Part shown: piece after piece, positions 24,018 through 39,000 of the stretch
Layout: every line of letters begins with the position of its first letter
How positions within the stretch are numbered: position 1 is the first letter of the stretch
Assembly: GCA_000934665.2 (NCBI GenBank)
Contig: JYFJ02000635.1
Location: 1-64,000 of the forward strand
Source of the DNA: Catajapyx aquilonaris
Lineage: Eukaryota
Direction of reading: 5' to 3'
DNA: 64,000 bases
The notes under the pieces: model-generated
Databases searched by the model: none
Told to the model about the DNA's origin: nothing
The model's input: the letters and a program-made list of their open reading frames with translations, nothing else
Position numbers and translations under genes: made by a program

Positions 24018-27000
24018 GTACTGTTTGGACTGGGTGGGCTGGTGGGGAGGGGAAATCGGGTCACCATTAACCTGTTACAGATTCCTTCGGGATAGATATT
24101 TGATGTTTCGTTTGGTGCCGAGTGGGTTAGATAGAGAGTAGGTCAGCTGGTGCCAACCGGCCTTTGGAAAAGTGGTCGGAATAGAATGGTCTTTTGGGGA
24201 TAAGCTCGAGATCACCGAGTCCGGCAGCAAGGTGTATGGGGGGTTGCCTATCTTCGAGGAGTATTGGCCCGAGGTTGTATGGGATGCTTGATTATGTATT
24301 GTGTATGCCTGTGTACATAAGTCGATTTTTTCAGAAATCGTCATGTAGGTAAGTAACACTCGAGTGTTAGCTGCAAAACGTACAGTCGAAAGCAAATAGA
24401 TAGTTGCTCAACACTATTGTGCGATACAGTCACTAATTTATATTATATCGTCGATTTTACTCTGAACTTGTTGAAATCCCTCGTTCCGATACCTTCCCCC
24501 ATATTTCTGCACATTTGACGTAAACAAAATAGCCAGTGGCCTCACCAGAAAAATGAGCCAAAATATTTCGGTCCACATTTGGGATGCCTCCCTAGAATAA
24601 CGAACAAGACGGACAAGCTATTGACACTATGAGCGTTAACATATCTTTGAAGATGCGAAATTCCACGCCGTCTCTGGAACCCATACATTTTTGTTGGGAA
24701 TGACTGGAACAATGTGGTGTTATCGGGCCAGTCTGGTGTGGCACAAGATTAGGAGTAACTTCAGCTGCCTTTGAGGAGTAATGAATCTCGCTCATTTCTT
24801 GACCATACATTATGCACACCCGAGTCAAAAGCAAGGACGTCTGGTAGCTACGTGTACGGCGGGGAAATGTGTGTAATGTACCGCTAAGACCAGTTTCTTC
24901 CTCCAAAGGGCTCTCATTCCCGTTTCTCCAAAATTGACATCCTACACGTCCAGATTTTTTTCCCCCATGGGTTTACAGGAGCAAGTGTTTTTCCGGGTGT
25001 GGGGTACTTTCTATGCGATGAAATGTCGACGTTTTCTACTGTATACGATACGGGACGCCGATGGCTGCTGATGACATGGATTCATTTGGGAGGAGGATTT
25101 TCATGATGGGTAGAAACCATATAGAAAGTAGTTCTTGTGTCCTTGGATTTAGGTTCGGTTTTTGCGCAATCAGTTCCAGGAAGTGCGGGTATCGCGCGCT
25201 TTGAAAGCTACCGTACATATTGTGTTATTGGTTTCTGATTTTGAAGCCAAGTATAGATGACTGATGTAAATATGTACGTCCAATTTCGCTTCCTTTCCCA
25301 GATATGGGACAGGAGGGAAGAGACACTGTACATTATCATTTAGATGCTAAGCCTACCTGTTACTCTATTTTGAACATGATGGATGACTCCGTCCAGTCGC
25401 GCATGCGCATCTACACTGGTAGATCAGGATGTGTATGAGAGATTGGTATGCACGTGAGCGACTAGAGAAAGTTGGAGGTGTCAACTTAGGCATCGTACCA
25501 TCTTATATCCATTTGAGTAATATTGAAATTGATTCAGCTACTTGCCATCACACATATGACAAGTCAGAACACTCCCTTCTCCCAAGGGGCCTAGACACAC
25601 TGGGCAGAATTTCCGCGCAGGTATTTCTGCCCAGTGTGTCTGTGCCTCAGGCCATCGCAATGTAATTACGGTCAGAAAATTCATTTGATACTGTAGCCTT
25701 TGACCTGGGCCCAGTAAACAATAAGCTGCTGCTTAGAAGTTTCGGCACACCGTGTCAGAAATTAGGCTAGTGTTACTTAGGACGGATTTGCAGAATCTCT
25801 GCATGGTAACACTGTAGTTGATGTGCAACTAAATATTTTATGTTGCACTTTCACGGGGTTAGCTAATGAATCCCTACTAATTACAGTAATTAAGCTATGT
25901 TTTTACTGTTTTACTGTTATTATCACTGAAGTGTACTTGGAAATTGAAATTCTCGTATGATATTTCTCAGTCTCTTGATTTTCCATAGTGTACTAGCCCA
26001 AATCCATAATTCTACGTTCACCTCCCAGGAAATTCAGTGGCGCGGTAATCAACAAAATGTGATAAAGATTCCTCATAAAGATTATCTGGACTTTACACTA
26101 GATAATATATTATGAATAGTAACAATAGAGCTAGGAGGATAACAAAGTTGAATTTAATTTGTTGATTCATAACTGAAATAAATACGATTATAAGTCCATT
26201 GGACAGTGAATTTCTGTTGGTAAAAATTGCTTCCACTACGTTACTTTGTTACTTAGCAGGACGTAAATTTTAATAATGAACTTCAGGGGCCACGACAGAT
26301 CCCAAAGACAGGATTGAAATTAATTACAAAAAATCTCTCACTGAATTACAAAATGTGTATTGGTAGTGGACTTTTCAGAAATTACTAAACTTTGCTGTAC
26401 CACATTTAACGGTGCTATTTAGTAATAAATTAAAATATGATGGTATTTCTACTGAGAAATCAGTCTAATGTGCTACGATAAAAAGACCAATTCAATTAAT
26501 GTAAAACGGCTTTAAAAATTCATTATTTAAAAAAATGTACAGAAAATTTTATACGTATCTACAAAGCATGATAAACATTTTAAAAATTCCGTTACAGATT
26601 TTTTTGTCATTAATTCCAATACATACTCTTGGTTTGTAGGGACCCTGAGGTCATTATTAAAATTTACGTCCTACTAAATAACAAATTAACGTAGTGGAGG
26701 CAATTTTTACCAGACCCCACAGAAATTCACTGTCCAAGGTATAATCATATTCATTTCAGTTATTAATTAACCAATTAAATTCAAATTTCGTATCCTCCTA
26801 TCTCTAGTGTTACTATTCATAATTATCTATTCTAAAGTCCAGATAATCTCAATTGAGATTTTTTATCACATTTTGTTTATTACCCCACCACTCCATTTCT
26901 TGGGAGGTGAACGTAGAATTATGGATTTGGGCATGTATTAGTACAATGGAAATATACATATATTCGCATCTTAACGTATATACTGGTACTGTATTAGCAC

Positions 27001-30000
27001 ACTGCATTTAAGACAATTTGCACACATTTTAATCCTACGCAAAATTTTAGAAATTAGGCGAAAAAATCCTAGCGTATAAATGTTATTAAATTATACTGTA
27101 CCATCCATTTGCTGATTCGAGGCAGTGCCATCCAAGAATTATAGTAGACATTATTTCAGTTCTAGCATTTTGTATAGACTTGATGTTAAGGTTCATTGCG
27201 AGATCCAATGATTAGGTAGAATTATTTTGTGTGTAGAATGTGTGTTGCCTTTTCACTCTTTCCCTATACATCGACAGCATGTTTGCTATTCGATGCGATG
27301 GAGTAACAACGATGTAAATTCTGTGTACACTTGGCCATAAATCTCTACAGAGTCCCATGCATCCTTATGACAATCCCATAAATCGGGTGTCCACTAAAAT
27401 GGCAAGTTGTTACCCCCTCGATCTGATGGCATGGTTTCCACCAACATGTTTCTTTGACATCTTCGACAACATCGGTGAGAGTGACTCATGCCAGAAAGTG
27501 GATGGTGCATATGTTAGGCTCAAACTCCGAAAACGGCCATTGGTCGAAAAATAATGACCAGACCTAGGTATGGTAGGCTACAGACGTACAGTCACCCCAA
27601 ATCTCCACAGCCACACCAACACAAAGGGGTCAATCCATCGCCCCATCACCTCCATAGCCATAGGTAGGCTATATTAATTAGCAGGAATGACCAGAACTAG
27701 CTGTGGCTGTTTTGAAACAACCACACCTAGGTATGGCTGTTTTGAAACAACCACACCTAGGTATGGCTGGTTTGGAAATGACCAGGTCTAGGCATGGCTG
27801 GTTTAAAAATGACGACACCTTGGTCTGGTATTTTGAAGGCGACCAGACCTAGGTATGGTCGTTTTATTCGGCCAATGACCGTTTTCTGGATTTGAGCCTA
27901 ACACATCAAAACGACGCATTTATAATTGATGATATATTAATGTTTTCACCATAAATTTCCAACGCACTAGGTGTTTATGAAGTCGGTATTTTCCATACCA
28001 TCCTGAATTCCATGCTTATAAGACTTAAGGTTGGGCAGGGTGAACAGGGATAAACCAAGGATTTTTGAAAATTGCGCCGAAGCAGTTGATTGAATTGAAG
28101 CAGTGATTGACGATCTGATATAATAAGTTATTTACTTTTACAAATATTGGGTATGCCTTCATATCTGGGATTGAAATGAGGGGAAAACATAAATGTGTCT
28201 TCCTGGTTTCATTTGAAAAATATAAAAACGCGGAATGGTGTCCCTATTCATCATGCCTGAAATGTTTGGAAAATAATGTTGTCACATGTAGAATTTCTAA
28301 TTAGGACAAACACAATGATAGACATTCTCAGCAAGTACAAGAAATCGTTGACCTACCATGTGGTTTATAATTAAGCTCACATTCGTATGGAGAAAAAAAT
28401 CAATTTGGTATTCCTGAGCTTTTTTTGTTTACTATACTTAATACTGCACTAAATATTCGGACTGTAGGCTCCATCATGGATGGAATTCAGAATCCAGATG
28501 TGGTCAGCCGGGGCCCTTAACTCCAGAGCCATTGCCCTGCCTACTTAAGTAAGCATTTTTCTTCAATAGCAGTATGTCCAGCTCCTACGTTGACTTAACC
28601 CAGTTGGCAAAGCCCATAGGTCCTCATGCGCAATATACTGAAGCGAGTGCAACGCAAGTTTTGAATGAAAAGAATGGTGTTTTGAAGTTCTGCAGCAATC
28701 GTACATGAAATGTAGAACGAACAGAGGCATTACTTTGTGTACTTTTCTTATGGTACTCAATTAAACTCCCTTAGAGAAATGTTCGAAAAATATCATATCA
28801 TACCCACATATGTCATAACCACTCCTGTGTGACCATTTCATTTCATGTCTTCATCTGACGAGTGACCGTCAAAAGCTTGTGACTCATTCTGAAATAACTG
28901 TTTACAATATCATAATGGCGGCGATTTCATAACGGTTGAATAAAAAAACTTTATGGCCTAATTTTTCACCAGACCTGCTGTAGCATTAAAGCAACTCAGC
29001 GGCCAATAACATGTCGAAACCTACTCGCAGTGTGTACACACAGCAATTGAGTTGTCGGAATTCAAGAGTGGAGGTCACTCCGGTGAAAATGACCTTCCTG
29101 GAATGGCGCCCGCATAGCAAACCCCTTTGCTTTGATGAGCTTTCCTAACTCGTTAATTGAACATAGATCGAAGGTTACATTGCATTTGCTTAAGAGGAGA
29201 TTAAAGAGTGAAGGTGGTTTTCCAGTCAGAAATCGAACCGAGTCAGGGAATACATCAGCAGGTTTTTACCTCGGTTTAATAACATGGTTTCACTTTTACC
29301 GACTTGTCATAAGGGGTGTAAGGCGCCTTTTAATCTCCTCAGCGGTCAATTACCCGGTCATTCCAAAGGAATTCCTCCCGGATAAAAGGTGAGCGCCCTT
29401 ATTACCTTTTGTTACCAGGTGCTCAAGACTTGGCCATCAGGATCTTGGGTAGGGACAAAGGATTGTTGTGGGGTGGATAGGGCAGTTTAATTGTCAAGTG
29501 TTCAGGACATTGGCTTCTTGTCATTCTTTTTTTTTGAGGGGGGGGGNGGGGGGGGCACCTTTATATGCGACCACGATTTTGATCTAACCATTTGCTGATT
29601 CGGATAACGCGACCAAGGAGTGTCAATGACTATTATTCTTCATATTGAACAGTAGTAATATTTGGGGCTCGTAAACATATACATACATACGTAAATATAC
29701 ATAGAGAAGTTGGTATCAACTTGCGGCAGGGGAGTTTCTCTTCCGTGTAAAGAACGGGACTACATACCTGAAAGCTATTTGAGAGCGACCGTGTCCTTGG
29801 GCATGTCGTCATTTCCAGAACATTATAGTCAGCAACCAGCAAGAAGCACTATACTGTAGAATTCCCCCAACCGAACTAAGGGCATGACTAAGTGCGCTTT
29901 GTTCCGGAACTTTTCACACATGGAGAAATATTGTAGGATTGAACAGATTTGGATCTTTCTACCTTTACGTCGATGAAAAAGGTTAACATGTGTTGAGTGT

Positions 30001-33000
30001 ATGAATAAGTGCAATACATATATTACACTATACATTTGGACAAGATTCTAAGCTTTCCTGGCTGATTTTTGCCATTTTGAGCCAGAATTTTTAGGTCTGA
30101 ATTTCTTCAGTCTTAATTACTCCAGTTACTGAGCTTCATAAAACCAGATGTCAATAAACGCAAGTATTGCTGCGAAACTTGCTGGTAGTTTTGGACCACT
30201 TATTACACACTTACGGATGCCGGCAGTATGCAAATCAGGCACCGATTTGTCGACCATGATGCACGTGCCGTTAGGAAAGAATTTGACCAGTTATTCAAGT
30301 AACCTTATTCCTCTTTTCCAGCTTTCCCTTTCCGTTGCAAATCTGCGGTTTATTTATAATATAAAAACGACATATTAGTAGTTTTTCATCCATGCCAAGA
30401 CCTATCTCGATGCAAGAAAAATGCAAAGTATGGGCTGGGTTGGTTCGAAGACACGGAAGAAACACGACCACTGCAATTTGGCGGTCCTTCCGAAAGACTT
30501 TCTACCAGTTCTAAGTAATACCCCGAAGGAGAAAATAAAGCAAAATGGATTGAAGTCATGCCAGTTCCTACTCCACGTGTTCAAAATGGACGTCTTGAAA
30601 ACACGGAAGGGGCCGCCATCTTGGAATAATGAGTTGGCCATTTTTTGTTATCAATAGACCAGTTGATTATTATTATCGGATCTTCGATTCGAAGGTCACT
30701 CACACTGAACTGGTTGTGTGCTCTGGTGGAATGGAACCTGTTGGCAGGTTGGAAGAGTTTTGTCACGTGGTTGGTGTATAGTGAAGGAAGTGATGGCGTG
30801 AGTTGTCCATTCGGCTCAGGGACATCCACACCGGTTCAAAAACGTGTCTTCATTCCAGAGATTTTCATCAGTCGGGTACAAACATGACAGGCCTGGGGAT
30901 AAGTATATTTTAAGGCCTAACAAGCCAGGGATAGACACTCACAAACACATGACAATAATAGAGCTTCATAAAGTTGTTTACTACTCGTATTTTCATGGGA
31001 GAGTCAGTCTTCCCAGCATTTCGTTTGCTGATGAGCATTTAGTCAATCATAACTTGAACCTTATACAGTATGTTATAGACCTATGCATAGATATAAGTTA
31101 ATGTTTTTATTAGCAACAACAAATAAAGTGAATATCGCCTGCAAAATCAATGAGAGGAGAATAATCGAGTATATTTTCAATCAGGTCGCAATAATTTGAT
31201 GTAAAGATTATCAGGATTTATTTGAGATACGATAATGTAGCGTACCGGTACATGACGATGAATCCGCTATGATGTTACAACAGGTATATAACACTTAAAT
31301 GAATCTGCATGGTGTGTTCCACAATTCACAAGCTGCTGATACCTGTCATTACTACTATCCTATTTGTGCCACTTCCGAGAGTTTTAACCGTTAATAATTA
31401 TCTGACTTGCATAGTGTCAGTGATACTTGAGCGTAACTGTTACAATGTGTTGCAACAGTGGGTTAATACTGAACCGCATGTGCAATGCATTGATACGTAC
31501 ACACGGGAATGGGGCTCAGCTGTTTAGGCCTACGTACATTTTAAAAATTAATTTAGCACTTGCAATTTCAGAAAATGTTTCCTGGAAGAGCTGTTGATGC
31601 AAAGTAACACTAAACAGTTACGAAAGTTTTACTGTGATTTTTAGTACACTTGCATCTAGTGCCTCAAAAGGTACACGTGGAGTGACACTCGATGCGTTAA
31701 CGTACAAGTTATAACATGACACCTGCTGCTTTATGATTGAAGCACAATATTGTCACATTTGACATTGTATTTGCATGGCTTCCTCGCTGATGATCCTTGT
31801 GTCAATTTTGCAGGGACGGTGCGAAATCTGATTAAATATTGTTCAATGACAATAATGACTAAGCAATTGACTTTGTCTCTTTTGTTTCGCAGGTGGAGAG
31901 GAAGTGTGTACAAACTGGTCTGGAGGGAACTGCTCGCCTATCTCCTCCTCTACTACGTCATCAATATCATATATCGATATGGCCTCAGCGATGCACACCA
32001 AAGGTAATGCAAGACCTTCACCAACATAATGGGGCTTATTTTCTGGCATGCAAATGCGAAGTGTCGCTTTACTCGAGATTTAGTGTCGCGCGTGAGAATG
32101 TTATCGAGTCACGTCAAGGATGTATAAATTGTTTTTACCTGGGACATAATACGCCTCCTTGCCAATTTTTTTTCCTGTTCTATATTGCCAATGTGTCAAG
32201 GAAAACGACATTGTCCAGGCCGTTGGCTTTTTTTCGCTTTTTCCCATTTTTATTTCTTATATCCATTCACCCATGTTTACTCAAACTCATTATGGACATG
32301 CATTAACAGCACACATTGCATGACCTCGTGTGTGACTTTTCCGGTACAAATTCAACATTGGTTTTAAGTTATGGCATCTCGGTATTTACTAATATCGTAC
32401 GTGAACAGGTTAGCAATGGTATAGACAAAAGTATCAATCATCTTTATGCTATCAAGTTTATAGTCTCCGGCCTGACAAGTTCTTCCGGTGCAGAATTGCG
32501 TGGATTTCCACCCAAACAGCCTTGGGCTTTTTTATTCGGTGTTGTGCTGCTGTATGTTGCAATTTCATTCACGCTCATGGAGTTATATGCCGGTGAGATT
32601 TTTTTTGTAGCCTCGAAAACCGTGCTTTACGAGGCGCACTGCTATGAAAGTGCTGTAGTTTCATCCTGATATTTTGACATAGATAGGGCAAATGCCCAAC
32701 TGGAAGTGGCCAATGGACGAATTTATAGGAGATAATATCTAGTTACTTAATCTCGACTGACCTCCACCTAAGGTCGTGCAGGCTATTACAAAATTCCATT
32801 CACTCTGGGCACAAAATTAAGATTCAAATCTGACCCCTACAGCGTTGATAGCGTGCTTCTTCTGAGACAACAATGATGTCTGCAGCACAAAAGAGTGAAG
32901 GTTCTGCTCTAGCCCCCTTCCGTTATGTCACACTAATTCATGGTCTTAACTATTACGCCTTGTAACCCTGGCGCGGTTCGTTCAATTCGCGAGGATGAAG

Positions 33001-36000
33001 TTGAGGGTTTACTTAAGTTGGCGGTCATTTGCTGGCATTCACCCCACATCAGTGTCCTTGCCAAAAAATTGCCAGGAGGAGCTGGCCTTGGCCCTTAGGT
33101 TGCACTTGGAATCAAGGATCTAAACCTTTGGGTTGGTGTCAACATTTGAGTTGCAAGAAGCCTACTCTCTGGGGACGCTTACTCACTCCCTGTGGACGCC
33201 ATTCCTTTGCCCATTATACATTTGCGTTCAGGTGGTGACGCAGATGACATGCGTCTTTTATTACAGTAGTTTCTTCCGCTGTCCTTAGGTGTGACAAATT
33301 GAACGTGCCCCGCCCTTACCAGAACAGGTAGTTTTCTGCATTTTAATTAATCATCTGATTGCATAATAATTAGTTTTTAAAGTCAGGTTAGAAATATGGC
33401 TAAGAGTAATGATGCTAATGCCGATAAAACTGTGCATTTATGGCTGAGTAACATTTTATGACAAAGTCTGCAATTAACTACCGTATCATGTGATCAAATT
33501 ACCTTTTGCCTGGCTACTATTCGCAAGTTTTACAAAAGGATGGAATGAATGTAATGAGAAACAAGTGCGCTATTTTATTCATCTTAACATGTCATTATGG
33601 AGGGTGGAACGTTTGCCAGCCATATACCTGTAACAATGGAATGAAGGAAATAAAACTACTTTTATCCCCGCTCTTGAAACAAAGGTCATACTCAGAGGCA
33701 ATATAAAAAACTAGCAATACAAACCTTAACGATTTTTCAATATATACATCGATGCCTACACTGTTAGGAAACAGTAGTTGTTAACAAGAACATAAAATTT
33801 AATTAACCGAAGTTGCACAACCTGAACTAAGGGCCGTTGTATCAGTACACTTATCGTACGTACCCATGTGGCAGATTTACACCAATGACCAACCCTTCGT
33901 CCAGCTTGTGTGTTTTTCAGCGGGAAATCCCATCCGCTCTGAAGCCGGAGATATCTCCAACTTTGCACGAATGAGAAGGGGAATCCCAGGGTTGCAGGAT
34001 CGAACCCTGTGCCTCGTTGCTCGTGGACACGAATGAATCTGATGCGCCACTCCGCCTTTCCACATTTAAATGTTGCTCAATGCTCATGGAAAGACCTACA
34101 TAATTATTATTATGAAACTTTTTATTAGAGTCCATCAATATTTAATTGAAATACATGCAATATACGTAGCGTCCGTATCTACTATAAGCGGTGCAAGCTA
34201 ATATTCCCCCATCTCGATTCTTTTTTTGCAGGACTTTTGAGAAAGTCAAAGTGTACTGCAAGAAGCAAAGTGAGAGTATTCCCATGTCGTTCGTGCTGGG
34301 CTTCTACGTCACGCTCATCGTCAGGAGATGGTGGGAACAGTATCGCCTTCTACCATGGCCTGACAGTCTGGCTCTTTTCGTCAGCTCATCCCTTGAGGGA
34401 CAGGTAAGTGTATGGAATTTTATTTCAAAGCACTTGTAATTGAGCAACGAAACAATCAGAGGAAATATTCTTGTCGAGAGCAATTTTTTTTAAACCGCAA
34501 GGCCGAAATGGCAGACATGCGAATTGTTATCTCAAGGGAGCAATTTTCTCTCAAAAATAGGCTTTATTATTGAGGGGTGGTATAGTTCTACCTGTAGCAA
34601 TGTGTAGAAAAATCATGATGCATTATATGATATTGTGTCACTTAGAGTCTAGCTGCCTGGTATCCTTGATGACTGCACATTTTCCTTATTGGGTTATTTA
34701 TTGCACAGAATGGGCTCCTCCCATTTAGACACCAGCTGATTTATACGAATGCACCTGAAATGCGTGCAGTGTGTTAATTAAACGCTTGTAATGGAATAAT
34801 TCGATTAGATAATTATTGCACGATTTTCACACCCGAGTTTTCGCCACTTTCAGTCCACATTAATTGTGGGGAATGGTTTTTGAAATACGTTTACAGACTC
34901 GTGTAGTTAATTTATTATTGCTGGAATTTCAAGTAGGCATACTGCATTATCAAAATTGATTGATATGAACCATAATGGCCCATAATGATTTTGACTTTTC
35001 TGATCCCTCATTGTCGCCTTCATGCACCATTATAAGGCAACCTGCACAATTCTGGCTCTTATCGCTACCTTTTCCCGCAATAACAATCAGCAATAACACA
35101 CCCATTTCGCGATCATTACAAATCGTTCCGGTCGAAATGTTCAGCTCTGAAATCAGGTCAATAAACAGTATATTTTGGGAAGGCTATAGATAGGCATTAT
35201 TATTTAAACACGTGAGATGCTGATTCCTGATAGTGTATACCAATCTGGCACATTTTTGCATATAAAGTGTATCTTGCGTAATTGTTGACCATGAGATAGA
35301 TTTAAACAGCCTGATTGGGATCCCTTCCGGATGGCAACCGTAACGCTATAATTGAGAGTGCGATTGACACAGTTTACAGAGGAAGTTGAGTGCGGATCGT
35401 TTTGTTCGACATTCATTATTCAAGCATCCGTTGAACACAAGGTCAAATCAAAATCCGCCGCCACCAGAAAAAAAACGTACACACGAACAGAAAAACATCG
35501 CATGACTCTTACTGCGTATGGAAGTAATTCCTCATTAACTCAACTAAGCAAAAATTAGGCTTTACACATGCAAGGGCCCATTCACAAATGAGAACGTCGA
35601 TTAAGGACGTTGCAAGGCGTGGCCCATCTTCACCGATGAAAACAAGTGACATTCGCCCACATATTGAAAGGGCTAGTGAAATGCGGTAGTGGTAAACAAT
35701 GAGAGGAATGGCATTGCTGTCGAAGGATGCAGTCAGGCTTGCAACAACAAAGAGGGTGGTGTAAAATATTTCCACCTGATGAAAGGCATCAAGCAGGGAT
35801 TAAGAGTGGAGAAAAAAATATAATAAAATCCTTGACAGGTACACCCTGATTATGTCTAAGGGGAGAATATCCTTGGGCTTCTTCCCTCATGTCGCACTTG
35901 TAGTAATTACACCCGGAGAGAGAGGTCACGTGGAAGGTGCCAAAGGTTGAACGGACCTTCGACAAACACACTGATCAAATATTTTTAGGAATTTTCGAAA

Positions 36001-39000
36001 ATATACCGGGGAAAAAATTGGGACAAGGGGCCTCTGTTTTGCTTATTGAAGGTCAGGTCGTGAGGTAAAGTCGGAAAGTTGCAATTTTTTAATGCACGAG
36101 CCTTTACGAATATAAATGCACAAAACGGGCATATATTTTTTTATGTACCGTATGTAGCACGCAGCTCTCGTGCCAGACAAAGCATGCCTTCCAGGGCTGT
36201 CACGGTCCGCAAAATTAATGATATCAACTTCATATACATAAGAAAACTCCATAGATACATGGCAATTAGTCCATCCTGTGTGGCTAGATCATATAAACAA
36301 GAGCAAACCATTAGAATTCCATGAGATTCGCGCTTGAACGTTATATGGCTCCAGCATCATCATTTGAATCGTCTCCTTTGAATTGACCCGACACGAGTCC
36401 TCAAGGGGGTTTGAGTAGGAAAAAAAAAATGCGGAGCAAACTAATTTTCCCCCAGCCTGAGTGTTTTCCAGATGACCCTGTTGCTGGTTAGGATTTTATA
36501 ACGCGGATCCTCCAGGTCGGCCTTTTTCCAGGGCACTTTGGCGCCACGGATTCCTGGCCATCTGTGTGTTTCGGAGAAGTCTAGCCTTAGGAGAAAATGG
36601 TCCATCCAAAAGGCCAGCCGGTTCCATACATTGGACTGAGCGAATAAAAGCAGCTTCAGGGCACTTGAATCATAGGCCAGATAGGCCGCCTCCACATTAT
36701 GGAACTGGGCTGCTGCCGAGGAAACAGCAAAAAAAAAATACGGGAGAGGTCAGGTCATGGCTGCCAATTGGATACCGTAATTTGATATTTGGATGGGGTC
36801 AATCTTGAAAATTCCTCTCAGGGCAACTAGAGTCCTATTTACTTAGATAAGATTGACAGGATATTGACATAAATATATCATCAGGAGTTACCACTTTCTT
36901 ATATAGAAGGTCTGTTGAAAGCGACCTTTTTGCAACCTTACCATGTTGCGTAACTTTACGAGTCTGAAACAAAAAGCCGTTTCAAACTCTATGCGAAAGC
37001 TCGTCGTGACTTATTTCATTTTTTTACGTCGAATTTTCTTATTAGCACCGCCAAGGTGAAAGCCATTTGGCTTTCATGACGATTTCTGGTGGTGGATAAT
37101 TAGTCTTCACCACATTTAGCATTAGTATATTATATTATTTTGAAGGAGTTGTTTCGGAAAGGACTTAAGTCCAATGAACCAACAACAAACTGGTCTTGCT
37201 CATTCCCATTTTTGCTTTTGTTATTATTATTATTATTTTTGTGAATATTCCTTATTAATAGAGGAATATAATATCCCATATTATATCTAGAAATTTCCCA
37301 TAGAATCTGTGAAATTTGAATGGAATCTTTTCGAAACAACTGGGCATGAAAACGAGTTTGTCCGTGTGAAATTATTTTTTATATTGTTACCAGTTGTTAT
37401 AAATTCATGCCTTTTCGTTTCATCGTCACTTTCTACTGAAGATGTTGACCAGCTAGTTAATGTTTCATAGAAAGCCATGTGTTCTTGGGGGACTTACCTC
37501 GGGACTTACAGTACTTGATAGCTTCCATCACTTGTACATAAAAATTTGCATTTTTTTGCACTAGTTGGCCATCTTGTAGGCCTATTCAAGAGGGGTTTAG
37601 ATACGATGGATATCGTTCATTGCCTTCTTTAAACCCCAAAAATCACAATCGCAAGCAAGCAACATGGCAGTGTTACCTCATATATTCCAAGAAGTGGACT
37701 TAAGACCTTTTCGAATGCTAAGCATGTACAAGTAATAGTTTATCGACCAACCATGATTTTTCGATCATTCACGCCTGTTTTTGGAGGGTAATGTGGAAAT
37801 TTCTGACAAATCTTAAAAGAGGATAAATATGTGTTAATTTGAAGAGGGTCTCAGGAAAATGAATATATTGCACATTATTATTTGTGAGTACAGTCGACCC
37901 CACGTTATCCACGGTAATTGGTTCCAAGCCCCCGAGAATAAACCGAACCCTATATGAGTACGTGTGGCATACGTTTTTAAACATACATATCTATGATGTT
38001 TAATTTGCAAATTTTACACATTACGGCATTCAATAAAAAGTGTTTGCTGATGTCTACAGTTAACAATAAAATAGGAGAGAGGGGGGGGGAGAGAGAGAGA
38101 GGGAGAGAGAGATAGAGAGTTATCACAATACTGTACAGTACTGCCCTGGAATAAAATATACATCCTATTGTGCAGTTTAATATACGAATTGTACACATTA
38201 GGACATCAACAAAAATAATTGGCAAAAAAGAAGACAGTAGCCTAATAAGAAGACTGCACTGCAATAAAAAATACACGCTGAATTTTTACATTTTCATAAT
38301 TTTCTTAGTATTTATTTAATCTTTTCAATTCGCGGTTAACCAGGGCCTGACTATTTACATGCATGCCATTATTCATAGATCTTATCATATTTTAAAATTA
38401 CAAGTTGCGCTGAGTTACACCAAGGGGGTAACCACTCGACTGAAAAGTGTACACTATGGAGTACCAAAATTCAAGGAGTACCAAAGAGTAAAGTACCTAA
38501 GGAGTACCTGGGAGTACCACTTGCAGGTGTACACCGGAGTACCGAAGTGATTACCTCCTTGAGTTACACTTTTGGCATATCAGGCATAAGTGCTTTTTAT
38601 GTAGTACGCAACAATTTTTTTTGCCCAGAAAATGTAACTGTTGGAGAGTATTTGCCTAGTAAACAATATCTAAATAGCAGAATTATGATTTATCTTTGTT
38701 CATTGAGGTAACTATGGCAACTAAGGCTCCACCACGGGCAAAATGATTATAATTCAATATGGCAAATCCAATAGAAGATATACGACACTGGAAAAAATTG
38801 TTCTCGCCATCTCTTACGTAGAACAAAGCCTGAATTTTTCTCACTTCTTCGCGTCTAAAATACTTTATATTGTACGTGGTTTTGTGCATTATTATGAGCA
38901 AGTATAAAACACTTAAAATCCACTGTAATCCATGGAAAGTTTTCTGACTCACGAAATCAGGGATGTGTAAAGTATCCGCTATTTTTTTGTCACTTTCTGC

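Noticed and set aside
27688..27860. CRISPR-like array of about 30-bp repeats
   Set aside because: Units are head-to-tail with no unique spacers, lie inside a MITE, and there are no cas genes in this eukaryotic DNA.
31750..31892. Alternative bestrophin N-terminus from the ORF extending upstream of exon 2
   Set aside because: It runs through the polypyrimidine tract of the acceptor, and the conserved N-terminal exon is present at 23947.
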